From Phoronis australis (Eukaryota > Animalia > Phoronida), in contig NMRA01000018.1 in the NCBI GenBank assembly GCA_002633005.1, positions 941,531 to 1,005,530 on the forward strand: DNA of 64,000 nt. Reading direction: 5' to 3'. Within the stretch, counting starts at the first letter, position 1; every line of letters begins with the position of its first letter. The notes under the pieces were generated by a model. The model had not been told where the DNA came from. It saw nothing but the letters and a program-made list of their open reading frames with translations, and did not search any database. A program made the position numbers and the translations under genes. Below are positions 11,622 to 25,220 of this stretch, piece after piece.

Positions 11622-12690
11622 TGCAAGAGCAACGCACCCACTACTGTACCACAAACGGTGTGCTTTAAGGGGTGTTTTTAATATCATAAAAATGACAATT
11701 ACTTGGCACAAGATGCGTCAAAATCGTCCGAAATGTGGAAGGCGTCGTCTCTCTAATACAAAGCTATTTGCCAAAATTCATGAAAGTACTAAGAGATTCC
11801 AAATATGCAAAGGCAGACACAGAAACTAAAGTTGCCACTAGTGGCACAGTCAGAGACGCCCAAAAAATCATGGTCTTTCATGGTCAGATCAGGAACACAA
11901 ATACAAAGTTTAATAATGATCCTTTGAGTAGTTTTGGAAATACTAAAAATGACCGTAGGTGGTGCAGAATACGTCGAATTTTCCCGACAATGAAAAGGCA
12001 TTGCTGTCTCCTTAATAAAAACCTATTTCCGAAATTTCACGCAAATCCACTTGTAACTCAAATAACAGAGGGTAACGTAAAGCATATAGAATTATCATGC
12101 ACTAGAAAGAACAGGTGTAGTTGGATTGATCTGAAACCCGTCGCCACTTGTTGCCATCTCCATAGGAACATATCTGCTAAATTTCAAAAAGATCCTCCAA
12201 AGAGATGAGATACAGCTACGAACGCAAACAAATGTCACCAGGGGGTGCCAGATCACTAATACCCCTCCCCAAAAATTGTTAATTGCAGTGTTTTCATCAG
12301 GAACACTCTGGCAATGTTCGCAATGATCTTTTAAATTGTTTGGCGGATAGAGAGGCTGACGACAAAAACGTAATAAAAAATAAAATGGCCAAACGGTGGC
12401 GCAAATTACGTTAAGCCCGTCCTAAAATTGAAAAGCGTCATCGCCTCCTTAATAGAAACCAATTTGCTAAATTAAATGAAAATTCACCAGATACAGAGGA
12501 AAACATAAAAACTAAAATTGCCACTCAGGGGCAGAGCGGTAGTCAGATTGGCCCGAAATTCGTCGTCGCCTGCTTAGTAGATTAACATCAGCCGAACAAT
12601 CATTAAGATCCTGCAACGCATTTACGACGTAGATACAGCAGCGTACACCCTATACTCACTCCTCTGACGTAGTTAAATATGAAAACATTC
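11622..12690 (-). mobile_element. Old Helentron/DINE-1-like (HINE) copy with diverged ~145-bp internal monomers
   Basis: It begins gcaagagcaacgc...accacaaacggtgtgctt..agggg....tcataaaaatg, homologous to 55415-55500. Monomer cores aaaatggcc/aaattgccact and aaatttc...gatcc recur through to about 12650. Confidence 0.7.
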
Positions 12691-13368
12691 ATTATTTTAG
12701 GTTTCATGTTTGAAATAGAGTATTTTATTTCACTGTTGAATACATGTACAACAGTGGCAAATGCAATACACTATTATACAGCGAAATTAGTGTGTCGTTA
12801 GAATCATAAAGACGGAATCTCCAACGAACCGTCGGTTCTTCCAAAAGCAGGCGAGTTTGACTGTGATGACGTAATTAGATGCTGAAGAGGGGGTTATATC
12901 ATGATGCCGGGCGATGTCAGAGGGGGTATAAAAAGTGGCAAATTTTGGATGGCGTACTATGTGAACGTTTCCTAACGAATATATCTTTGGAGGATATAGT
13001 CCCTCTCTGCCCTCTCATCGTCTATCGTAGACGTCACAAGCGAAATATGTATCATACTGACATCATAACTACTAATGCCAGCCGACACTGTTTTTAGAGA
13101 CCTAATATAAATATTTCTTTAGTTAATTGTCAGGCTCTCTCTTTTGTCCGATGTCACGACGAAAACGTCAGTTATTATCTCAGTACCACGCTGAATAACT
13201 ACGTTTACATTAATGTAAACGCCATCGACTCAAACTGTCGTACACAAATAAAAACCCACCGCAGCGTTTTGGCCAATTTTTATCGTATTTCTTCCGCGAC
13301 AGCTGGTTTCTACACTAACTTTTTACGAGGAATCAAGTTCAGAAGCCAAACACGTCAAAAAATTTCTA

Positions 13369-13787
13369 AGTCCCGTTTAGACATCAACTTTTGGCCTGGC
13401 CGGCACCTGACACGGAACAAACTGATCGGTGTCAAGCGGCCGTTTACACACGCAGCACATTAACTGTGGCAAGATGGAGAGTGGAACGCACGTGCGCAGG
13501 TTTACAAATGGCGGGAGTTGTAGAGGCAGCGAACCCGTATGTAGGACATTGCACAAGCGCAGTAGAGATGATCCTTTCCGCCTTGACCAAGTTTCCCGTT
13601 TAGACATAAAATTGACACGGAGCAAGATGATCGAGCGCAAATTGCTCTACCTCACAAACCGGTGGCAAAAGTGGTCACTGCGGTGTTAATTTGCTCCAGG
13701 TCAGTCCTGTTTACACACATATTTGAGCTAGAACATCTCGTTCCGTGTCAACTGATCGGTGTCAACTTTTGTAGTGTAAACGACACT
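13369..13787. mobile_element. MITE, PIF/Harbinger-like termini
   Basis: TIRs agtcccgtttagaca / tgtaaacgacact; internal repeats of gtttacacac and aactgatcggtgtcaa. Confidence 0.7.
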
Positions 13788-16700
13788 ATTGATTCTGCCC
13801 TTGACATTTCAATTTAGTTCAGCCAGTATTTTATAGCCGCGAAGACATTGCTAATGCGACCTATGACCAGTACAACATAATAGGAGCTTAGATCAATTTC
13901 GGCGATGTCAATGGCGGCGGTGACACCGGTTTATATAGAGAAACATTGATACCACTGAGCATCCCGGTTTCCTAATGTAATTTGGCATTGGCCTGTTGAT
14001 TTGTAGTAGGAGTAATCTTAGCGCCACTGCTTCCGAATTCAAAACACCTGGAATGCCACTGATGTTGGAAAGGCATTTGCGAAAAAAAAAATTTGAAATT
14101 CAGCCACTGACAAAACTCCAACCGTCCTTACTGAATACATTAACACATTTTTAAAAGAATTGATAAAATGGAATTGACGTCAGTAGCCTTGACATTGTTA
14201 TTTACGATTCTAATCAATACAAGATTCTCTTATACATGTATTCAGCTCAGTGCATGAACACGAAAATCTTAAAACAGCAGTCTTGTCAAAAATTCAATAC
14301 ATTAAATCAGGTACTAAATGGTTTAAACAATAAAAGTAGCAATTTTCTTCACTCTTGTTTGCATAGCAATTAACGAACTCCCTTATCTGAAATTGGTTTT
14401 TGTTCACTGGATAAATTTAATGATTTTTCGTGACGTCAGAAGTATTGTTCTTCACCAAGGACAGTGCGATGTCATGGTTGTCTATTAGGCAAAACTTTTG
14501 CGCAATAGGACCTTAAAGGCAAGTAATTAGAAAATTGATTGGTTGAATGTAGTCGACTTCTATACTGTGAAAGGTTGCCAATGACTTTCATTTCTTATAA
14601 TGAATATTTTTGGTGAAAGTTGATCATTTCCTCTATTTTTTAACTTGACCGCGAGGACGATTCCCAAACAAAAATCTGTAGTTGCAAAGCGGCAATTTCC
14701 GTGACTCACTTATGAGACACGACGCATCGCACTTTTGGGGAGATTTTTGTGCTTTGAACGCGACATTGTTGCGATTTCGCTGGTGCAGGACGCTTTAAAT
14801 ATTAGAAGATCAAACAATTGTTCATGGTTCCTTGAACCCTTGTTTTGTGCAAACTTATTGAGATTTGTGTATGATATGGACGGCTGAAGTGAAGCATCCG
14901 TGTAATTCCTAGTCGTACCTTGTAATTTACATTATTATAGTGAGGACGCGTGTGTGTGAGACGGCACGATTCACACGAAACTTTCCACGTTTGAAACTGT
15001 TCGGTTATGTGGAAATTTTTAGTAAAATTACATGTGGGTCCTTACTTTATTTCAAGCAGCCAACTTCAACATAATTGAGATTTCCTGAAAATTGTTAGCG
15101 ACAGTATTATTATATGAACGCCGGTTAACGTCCATCAAGCTACGAAATACGCGATGTACTTTTGTACTATGGGCCATGAGATGATTATTACAGTAATCAT
15201 CACCATTATGCAATAACAGGTTGATTTATTGGTATTGTAGTCATATAACTCTGCCAGGATTACACATGTATTCTATTTACTCCAAAATTGAATATACATT
15301 AAACTGCACGTGTTTTATATAAACGCGTGTATTTTAAAGCACTGATATTTAAGTTTTAATCCACATTTTCGGCATGTTCCGCTCAATAAGTGTGTCTCAG
15401 GACTATACAATAACGTGACACGGTTATCATTGCACGGGCGTATCGAGACGTAGGTTGTAAAAATTTAATCCAACGCTCAGGGAGTGAAATCATGTCACTG
15501 CTCGTTAACTCTAGTCTCTCTACAAACTATTGCCATGATTACTGACAACGTTACAAACATCAATGACACTGAGTAACTTTAAACCAATTCCGTCATGTTA
15601 ACACATTCTTTGAAGTGTTTTTCCCTTGGGGTTTCAAATTTTTTAACCGTTTATCGGCAACTCGTTGGCTTTGCTTGACTCTCTCAGTGTAGCGTTGATA
15701 AATGTGCAAAACTAATAACTTTGATTGGATCCCTCACTGCCTCCGTCTACGCAATTAATGAAAAGCAAAGGGTGGTGAGTCTAATAAATAAAACTGGGAT
15801 GACAGATACCTTTAGTAGTAATGAGTGTATCAGCATTGCATAAATATACATGTTGACCATTTTTGCTCTAACGATAGCAAAGCCGTAGCACTGACGAAAA
15901 TCAGTCAAAATATTGCCAAGTGTCAAAATGCATTGCATGTACCGATTTACCAGTTTGAGTCTCTTACATCGAGTAACTGTGATGTTGAACCTCTTGTAAC
16001 GCTGAACTTTCTTCGGTCGCCTTAGCATACTGCGTCTCCAGCTTGCCGCTTCAGTACTAAATTTGTTAACATTGGTTAAAAGCGTTCATTGTCGCAGGTA
16101 CTCGACATTTTGATGGAATCAAGGTGCGGAGGGTGCAGTGCGCGGTGGGTCACATTGTTTCTCGTAAGCCTGCCGCTTGTTTTTGTGCTTATTTTGTTAA
16201 CGACACGTCTCAGGTTGAGATTTAGTGAATAAAGTCGCTCCTGTTGTTCTTTTGAGTAAAGTTAGTCGCCCACACAGGTTTCAAAATGAGTCGGGGTACT
16301 GACCAGAACCAAGTATTCTTTTTGGTATTATTGCTGTGTTTTGTTTTCATAGGTATATATAGAAGGAAGGCTGCGATTGATTTTAGCTTATTTATAAGTA
16401 ATAACGAACACAACAATAATCATAGAATATCACGACATTGATTGTGAATAACTGATCCGATTACCTCGGTAAGCGTTATAACAGAAATTGTCATAAATTA
16501 TTCATTTGGCCTAAACACGCCTGATGTACCACAAAAGCCATCAGGCCACCTGCACTCTTTTTACCTCTATTCGGATGTTTAGTGATGATAATGACGCGTC
16601 ATGGCAGCAGATGAAGATATTTAGACCCGGAAATAAGAATAGACATGGCCTCACACTGTGTCCAAAACGTCATAATGACGTCGTGCTAAACATTCTGCGA

Positions 16701-17631
16701 GCGAAGGAGTGTCCGGAATATGTCGATGTAGTTTTACGGAATTTCAGTTAAGAAACTGGTCAATTAAATAAGATATTTGATAGGTCTTCTCAATAGCTTA
16801 ATGAAATTAATTCAAAGTTGAGACCGAAACAGAGTTCTTACGGTAGAATTGTGTGGTGCGCGGGACGATCGTCAGGCATTTTAAGGTTGTGATTCTAAAG
16901 GCAGCTCTGCACTGTGCATTGATCCAAATGTCTGCAGCACTATAGAGTTTACCTCATTAAAAGTTTACTGTAGTTTTCAGAAAGCAGTAAAAACCCTGCG
17001 AGATTTGATGTCTTACTTTATAAAAGAAAGGCACATAATTAGCAATAACGAAACCAAGAATAATTTCTTTTGATGTAGATGTACAATGTATCCTAACAAA
17101 ATCCAAAAGGTACAAAAACAGCCAACTGACTTATTGCAAAGAACAAATACGACATTTCCTGACACGCACCAAATGCAATAACAGCTAGACAATACCAAAA
17201 TAAGAATTTTATTCCCAGTAAACCCATTTTCTGCTATTCACTTTTTAAAGTCCTTCTGTTGTTATTTTGGGAAATCTATGCATGATTAAGATGAAACTTC
17301 AAAAAGCTGTTAGTTTTCGACACTAGTATCGTCGTTGTTTTATGCAACTTCACTCTAAAAACTCTATAGAGGATTCTAATACGCGCAAAATAACACGGAG
17401 ATAAAACCCCACTGAAGTTGAGAATTTTGGCGCAAAATGACCTATACAACACTGGCACGTGTTTTCTTTGTCAGTTCTGACAGGCTTGGATGTTTTGGCC
17501 ATGATTCCTGATAACAAAATAATTGACGCAACGTTAAAAAATTCCCTGACAAACGTCATCAAGAGAAAAAGAATGCTAAAACAAAGAATGCGTCAACCAC
17601 ACTATTTTGTGTTTTGTGTTGACTCCTTCAG

Positions 17632-18043
17632 GGCCCGGTCTCCAATCTTTTTACTCGAAATGGAACTCGAAATTAGGTTTAGCATTTTCTACTCTACTTT
17701 TGGGCGAACTCAAGATAAGTGTCTATTATTCTATGCTCGAGTACACAATAATTTACGTAGATAATTTATTGCCCTTAGTTCACAGTTTGCAAACCCAATA
17801 TTAAAGCAATAAGTTCGAGTTTGAACTCAAAATTTCGAGTTTTTACTCGAGTTTGTAGCACGAATATAAGGGTCTTCAAGGGCAAACTTGAACTAGAAAC
17901 TCCTATGCATAAACTATAATGTATTCGAGCACAGTCTGATAACCAATTATCTTAAGTTCGCACAAATGGAGCAGAGAAATTGCCAAAAATAGTTTCGAGT
18001 TCGTTTCGAGTTCGTTTCGAGTACAAAGATTAGAGACCGGGGC
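17632..18043. mobile_element. Fold-back MITE, Harbinger-like, CAG TSD
   Basis: TIRs ggcccggtctccaatct / agattagagaccggggc. Imperfect inverted symmetry extends more than 120 bp (actcgaa/ttcgagt repeats). CAG flanks both ends (17629-17631, 18044-18046). Confidence 0.85.
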
Positions 18044-18974
18044 CAGAAACAGCCTTGTGAAAGATAATTTTGAGTATCACACAGGATTTACTGTTGATGA
18101 ATTCCAAATGTTTTTAATTTGTTACAGTGCTTAAAACCACAATTTGCGCAATTTGCCTTGTTTTGAAAGTGACTACATTAACATCAGTACACCTTCCTTA
18201 TAGCACTGCACATCCCAATCGTTAATTCGATATCCCCAAAATGAGAAAATAGAAAAAACGCGACTTCAGTTGAAAGTTTCTTAGCTGCACGGACATGAAT
18301 GTGATGTATGAACCTACCCAGCGTCAATGTAATGTGTGCACCACAACGCGAGTTTCCTGTACAAATGTATACCATCCCCGTTTCTCCGATGTCTCGCGGG
18401 AAAGTAAATAGAGCAACAAACAGTGTGGTCAAATAGGAAGTTGTCATAGACACTACAAATGCAACGCCTCGTCATTCCTTATTATAGCATAAACCACGGG
18501 AAAACGAGCAGCGACATCTGACGACTTTTCACACTAAACACGATGGAGGAAGACTTGTGCTGTGATTGGCTGTCCCGATTTTAGTTCGAATATATCGACC
18601 CTAATTCCTTAATTCAATTAATAAGTTGGCATTTCGATGTTTCGATCTCATGCTAATCACACACTTTAACTACCGATTCGATTTTTGTAAACCATTTCTT
18701 ACTTGGTTTCGTATCAGTCTCCCAGCACATGACGTGCTATGAACTGTGACCTACTAGGACAGTAGGTCGTAAACAACAGTAAAAGTTGGCTGGGAACAAT
18801 ACGTCTATTTGAAGTTTTAATGATAATTAAGTTAGTTACGCACTGCAAAATCAGTTGACATTGCGAGTGAACGTTGAAATAGCTAACATAGTTAAAGACA
18901 GTATAGGTTAAGTGAACCGAAGACACGTTTTCACCGAATAATTATCCGAAGACTGAGACTTTCTGACTTGTCCC

Positions 18975-19320
18975 AGTTTAATCGGCTTTTTCTCGGCTTC
19001 TGCAAATCGATTTTATTTGAACTTATGGACACTTATTCTCGAAAACGGCTTCATGGATTTCGTTGAAACTTTCCAGACTTCATATTTAGTCATGAATCCC
19101 AAAAACCCTGTTAAGATTTTGGTATAAAGGCCTAGTTTTTGCGTAATGTGATAAAGACGAACATGACTTCAATTTTTTACAAAAACACCTGACGTTTTGG
19201 TAGTTGATTTGTCATAGAAAACAAAAAACAGTCTAATCGAAAATTCCTAACAGCGTTTATGAGGTAGCTGGTGAAGTTTTTTTTTAAAAAGGTTTCATTA
19301 AAATCGAGGGGTTATTTTGC
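18975..19320 (+). repeat. Interspersed repeat (probable non-autonomous DNA transposon), copy 1
   Basis: Reverse-complement homology with 49540-49840, for example cctaacagcgttt.tgaggta.c.ggt.aagttttt and ttctcgaaaac.gctt. Confidence 0.75.
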
Positions 19321-19544
19321 AATAAATGTACCTTTCTTAAAAATGAAATCTTGACTTAAAAAGGTTTCAGCGTAAAAATAATAATGGCACATCAATACAA
19401 AAAGTATATTTATGTTTCCTGGTCTTTGTTCTTTTACAAAAGATATACTTTTACTAGTTGACAAAGCTTAGTTGTTTTGATATACGAGTTAGAATGGAGG
19501 CCACTAAATAAGGTTGGAGATAACCTTAAAGTCCTTCTCTCACG

Positions 19545-20057
19545 CGTTGTTAGCCCTTATTACATGGTTAGAAGATGATATAAGGATCCAAGAAGTACCT
19601 ACCCCATAACTAATACACGATCCGTACTCGAAAACAGTTTAAATGAACGCGCCACTCACGATTCACCGCCATTTTGAACTTGCCGCGAACCCGGAAGTAC
19701 AATTCATTCAGGAACACAGGCTAAGAAAACGCCGTCAGTGCGACTGGAGCAGTGCCTGTACTGTAACCAGCCAGCAAACGGGGATAAAATCGACAGCGCG
19801 CCTTAATTTTGATAAAATCAAACTACGGACAATTTTATGGAATTTGCTGAAGAAATGTGGCGAATAAATTTTGACAGAAATTATTTTACCAGACTCGGGA
19901 CCGCAGCCTATCGGACCCGGTGCGGATCGAGACCAGACACTGGCGAACGGTAAATGCATGCTGTTCAAGCTGTTTTGTCGAAGTAAAATGGTCAAATCAT
20001 AAATGCCGCATATATTCAAGGGTAGTTTCAGACACTTGCATGAAATTACGGGCTGGT
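19545..20057 (+). repeat. Left arm of a long diverged inverted repeat (runs into the assembly gap)
   Basis: Colinear reverse-complement homology with 23380-23895, for example ccgccattttgaact..ccgcgaacccggaa.tacaattcattcaggaac and aaattttgacagaaatt.ttt..ccagactcgg. Confidence 0.85.
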
Positions 20058-21339
20058 NNNNNNNNNNNNNNNNNNNNNNNNNNNNNNNNNNNNNNNNNNN
20101 NNNNNNNNNNNNNNNNNNNNNNNNNNNNNNNNNNNNNNNNNNNNNNNNNNNNNNNNNNNNNNNNNNNNNNNNNNNNNNNNNNNNNNNNNNNNNNNNNNNN
20201 NNNNNNNNNNNNNNNNNNNNNNNNNNNNNNNNNNNNNNNNNNNNNNNNNNNNNNNNNNNNNNNNNNNNNNNNNNNNNNNNNNNNNNNNNNNNNNNNNNNN
20301 NNNNNNNNNNNNNNNNNNNNNNNNNNNNNNNNNNNNNNNNNNNNNNNNNNNNNNNNNNNNNNNNNNNNNNNNNNNNNNNNNNNNNNNNNNNNNNNNNNNN
20401 NNNNNNNNNNNNNNNNNNNNNNNNNNNNNNNNNNNNNNNNNNNNNNNNNNNNNNNNNNNNNNNNNNNNNNNNNNNNNNNNNNNNNNNNNNNNNNNNNNNN
20501 NNNNNNNNNNNNNNNNNNNNNNNNNNNNNNNNNNNNNNNNNNNNNNNNNNNNNNNNNNNNNNNNNNNNNNNNNNNNNNNNNNNNNNNNNNNNNNNNNNNN
20601 NNNNNNNNNNNNNNNNNNNNNNNNNNNNNNNNNNNNNNNNNNNNNNNNNNNNNNNNNNNNNNNNNNNNNNNNNNNNNNNNNNNNNNNNNNNNNNNNNNNN
20701 NNNNNNNNNNNNNNNNNNNNNNNNNNNNNNNNNNNNNNNNNNNNNNNNNNNNNNNNNNNNNNNNNNNNNNNNNNNNNNNNNNNNNNNNNNNNNNNNNNNN
20801 NNNNNNNNNNNNNNNNNNATCAACGACCACTAACTACAAACTATAAATACACTACATATGCAAACGAATCACGATATATTACTAATAAAACAAAATAATG
20901 AAGACATTTCGAGCAAGCCATAGCACATTCAGTTACAAGGAAAAAATGGCGGCGTTCAGGACAAGTTCCTGAACTGATGAGCCGGAAATGTGGGTACGGA
21001 AATAACCGATGACAACCGGTAATCATACGCTCAGAGAGAAGGGTCAAATACTGTTAAAAAATGGCTTTTGGCAAGAAAGGCGAAAAGAATATAAAGAAAG
21101 GGTGTCGAAAATAAGAATTTATGTAGTAAGTATTTTCCGATACTAGAACCACGTGGGCAGTTTGCAAGAAGGACTTTAATAAACATATCTTCGAATAGTG
21201 TTTTTTGCGGGTGTTCTAATTTGACAGTAGATCGAGTTTCCGTGTTAAAAATAAGTCACTGCTTGCCCTAGCAAACTGAGATTGTTCGAATTCAAACACT
21301 TGGCAGCTCTCGTTGAGATATCTCCTCAAAGACTGCAGC

Positions 21340-21900
21340 ATTTTTCAGAGTGGATCAACTAAATGTTCTGATTTGGATCAGTAACGATTTGGCCTGAGAG
21401 TGGTATGACATTCTCTTCAGACACATGCCGCCATAGCACAAAAGGATTCCTAACCATAGACTGCACGGAAATCTAAGTGGAAAAGCCGAGTTATCTGAGA
21501 AGGCAGACTCTTTGTTATTTCGATTACAAGTCATGTGCCACACTAATGTGTCTTGTAAGAGTGAACCCAAGGGGGTCGTTTAAATGGTGTCGAAGTTAGA
21601 TTATGATATAACAAGATCAAGAGGCTTAATGACAAGGATCCAGCAACTCATGGTAAATTTAAACAAGGTGACGGTATCATGGCATACCGATGGTTCTTGA
21701 TTAGAACAGAAATTGAGAAAGTTGCATTAAAGTTGAACTTCTTCCTCTTGCACCAGGTTGTGGTCAAATGTCTCCCATTGAAGCTGCCTTGACAAAGAAG
21801 ATAGCCTCTCAAACTGTCTGAATGCTGAAAGAGCAATTTAAAAAGCCCATAAGAGTCCTTATATCTCAAAGGGCATTCTAGTTCAAAAACTTAAAAATAT
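21340..21900 (+). mobile_element. ISL2EU/PIF-Harbinger (DDE_Tnp_4) transposase remnant
   Basis: HMPP...IDCTEI*VEKPSYLRRQTLCYFDYKSCATLMCLVRVNPRGSF...GDGIMAYRWFLIRTEIEKVALKLN/PLAPGCGQMSPIEAALTKKIA...AERAI. These match the IIDCTE, YSDYK, MADRGF, LNIPP and VERAI motifs. It is absent from the ORF track because of stops and frameshifts. Confidence 0.85.
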
Positions 21901-23379
21901 ATACCAAATTAAGTAATATTAACTTGACATAATGTTCACATCCTTTCTGCACAATTTCCATTTTAGCACAATTCTGTACCTCGGCCGAGATCGGAATATC
22001 ATCGACTATTCCCGTCTATTTCCGTGGCCAGAGTTCCTGTGTGTCAGTTCAGGAACGATGCCTGCATGCAGATATGTTGTCCTTGAAAACGTATTGACAT
22101 CACCGTGGGCGTGGGCGTAAATGCGTTGTTACTTTGTTTGGTTGTTTTTGATTTCCATTTTGATTCTTTTTATACGAACTTGATTACTTACAGGCCTAAT
22201 TTTACCTGTTCTATGCATACGACGAATGTTATTTAATGCATAATCATAAGTTTGAAGTACTTCGCAAAGTCTCCCGCGTTACCAGCGCTCAGCTACTGAG
22301 GTCAGCCTTGACTCATCGCGAGGGTATGTCACTGAGATTTCAGCAACAGTACCCGCTTAGGTAATAAATTAGAGGGAAAAGTTTTTTGATCAACAAATGT
22401 CTTATCTTTATCGCCATATCTTGAAATTGATGCAAAGTACCAGCCTGAAGTGAGTAATTGCCATGTCACGGTGACTACCCGGACGTGTGAGCGTAGTGCG
22501 TAATTGGCAGCAAATCGGCACCGGCTTTACTGGCCGTTTAAAAATGTAAAATAGAAAAAAATCCACATACGGCTATGTTTTGACAAACATAAACAAGTTT
22601 TATTTCAAAACTCACAGTGAGCTCCACATCGGTGCTTAATTTTGTTGCCTGGACACAGAAACCGGCGAAGTAATTCCCCGGCCTGCAGTCGCCGTGACCC
22701 TTCGCCGGGAAAATAATCCCTTGCTACATTGGCTTTGATTTTCAATTATCAGGGATAATACATTTGTAAACCCCACAAAAACAATTCCGCGCCCCGGGGC
22801 GGGGAGAGTGTAGTGCCGTCAGTGAGCTGAATGTCGGCGATGGGAATATATTACAGTGTTTGGAGCATGACGCAGTATTTTTTAACCTCTTTGTCACAGG
22901 AATTTCACTCATTCAGGGCCGGGTAGCTAATTAATATTTTCATCTTGCCCCGCGGAGCATGACAGATGTCCGACCGCGCATGAGGCCAGGTGGTCCGCTT
23001 CCGCCGGCTACCAGCGTATACGAATGTTTCTGGCTAAGTGGGAATTATTCCTTTTACTTTGAACTCATTAATACTTATGTTATACCATTTGACACCATGG
23101 CAAGTTTTCTACCTGAAGTTATTTCGCCACCAAATGGTATTATCTTGGCAGTCAGCCGCCCGGCCGTCAGTAGCGAAGTCGCGTCTAAATTTATTTTCCA
23201 TATTTACGAAAGTTTAATTGTCAGGGTATTCTAATTGTATAGCAATTTTATTCAATAATATGATGTTGCATATTCCTTGTTCTGATATACTGTTTGTTTA
23301 CCATAGTTAGTTAAACCCAGTAAAACACGCTTAGCCTAGCCCGCCATTGTTATTCAATCCGGCGTTGCCGCAGCCTGTT

Positions 23380-23895
23380 ACTAGTCCGTAATTTTATACA
23401 AGTGTCGGAAACTATCTTTGTATGCGGCATTCATGATTCGAACCATTTGTTCCGATAAAACAGCCGAGGACGGCATGCCTTCGTCTTTTGTCAGTGCGAG
23501 TGGTCTCGATCGGTTTGCACCGGGTCTCCGGCAGCGGGTCCGAGTCTGGCAAAACAATTTCTGTCAAAATTTCTTTCGCCCCATTTTGTCAACATTTTCA
23601 GTACAAATGTCCTTATTTTGGTTTTATTTATATTAAGGTCCGCTTTCGATTATTTTATACGCGTTTGCAGGCTGGTAACAGACACTGCTCCAGTCGCACA
23701 GCCTGGGTTCCTGAATGAATTGTAGTTCCGGGTTCGCGGTTAGTTCAAAATGGCGGTGTGATCTTCGGGTCGGAATCGTGAGTGACGCGTTTATTTAAAC
23801 TTTCTTATACTACGGATTGTGTATTGGTTATGAGATAGGTGCTGCGTGGGTTCTTATAATATCTTCTAACCATTCAATAAGGGTTAAAAAGGTGT
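23380..23895 (-). repeat. Right arm of the long diverged inverted repeat
   Basis: Reverse-complement partner of 19545-20057. Confidence 0.85.
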
Positions 23896-25078
23896 GATTC
23901 TAGAACTTGATTTGCTTGTGCAAATCCACTTTGGTTTCCGTGTTCTAACTGGATTTGTGCCATATCTTGTAAAAGAATTAAATGCATGCCTGATGTGCAA
24001 AAGTATTGTTAACACTATAATAACCCGATGATGTGTCTATCTAATAACCAGAAGTGGCGAGGTATGAAAGTAGGCTTTCTTAAGACTCATCAAAATGTCC
24101 AAGTGTCGAGATTCAATGACTTTCACCTTTCTGGAAAAGATGTGGACAAACGTTAGGTCTTTTGCAATAGTTGCAACCAAACTTCGTAACCACTCCATAT
24201 GTAAATATAGAAAATATAGTGCTTCTGAAATGATGAACTTTTTACTGCATTTCCAGTAGCGTAGCAAGGGGTTAAGGAGGGGGCACTTGCATCTGGGCGT
24301 CAGGATAAATGAGGGGGCCCAAGAGCCTCAGTATACATGGGTGCTGACGGGAGTCGATACAGATGGGGGAAAATTAGGTGTCGACTGGGTTTTAAATGGG
24401 CGTCTAAACGTCGGGTGGCGACCTGGGCAGCGAAAGTCTTATAGTCTTCGAAATGCAAATGTGTGCAGTCCTATATTTAAGCACATACGACTCTGTGTGA
24501 ACGAACGTTGGTAAGACCAAGGACTGTGTCTCTGAATGCCTTTTATTCAGAAGAAAATTGCCCTGAGGCATGTTCCAACAAAACTGACATAGCTAAGACA
24601 AATCTTATTAGCAGACGCTCTCTCCTAATTACATAATGAGAGCTGAAGTAAACAACGCCCTTTCGCTTACACTCGCGTTATGTCGCGCACGTTCACGCCC
24701 ATAGACTTTTTGTGCTTCCAGGCATGCGCATTAGAAATTTGAAATATCTATTGTCAATCAAACGTCGATGATATCAATTTGATGAGCACGTGCGTTTTGT
24801 TGTTCATTTATTTCATCGCTTTTCAACAACCTCCAACAGCACCGCATGTGATCGAGCTAATTGCAGGGTGTTCAACGCATTTGCATCATCGCCAAAAGCT
24901 AAGAGATCTCCAAGATGGTCGTATGCAGGAGATGGTCACTGGTTACTGGCTACGATTATATTGTTAGATAGTGTTATTGTATGATTCTATTTCACGAGAG
25001 AGGTGTTACCTCAGCCCCTGGATCCATTCAAACCGTTTCAGTTGGCACGTCATAGATTAAATACTCCAAGACGCGTCA

Positions 25079-25220
25079 GGGTAGAATTCAGTAGCTGTCT
25101 CGCGGCTAGAAAATTTTAGCCAACGTCACTTGTTCTCATTTAAAATACACGGCAATATCTCGCGTCATCTCGCTAAGTCATGCTTTTCTAGCAAGGTCCT
25201 GACGTTATTGAACTCTACCC
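25079..25220 (+). mobile_element. 142-bp MITE, copy 1
   Basis: TIRs gggtagaattcagta / tattgaactctaccc. The internal catttaaaatacacggcaat is shared with the copy at 42999-43140. Confidence 0.85.

Noticed and set aside
11735-12208. 157-aa ORF
   Set aside because: It lies within the degenerate HINE repeat, has a GTG start and shows no protein motifs.
19735-20846. Long ORFs of 276-362 aa in the ORF track
   Set aside because: They are artefacts of translating the N-gap at 20058-20818.
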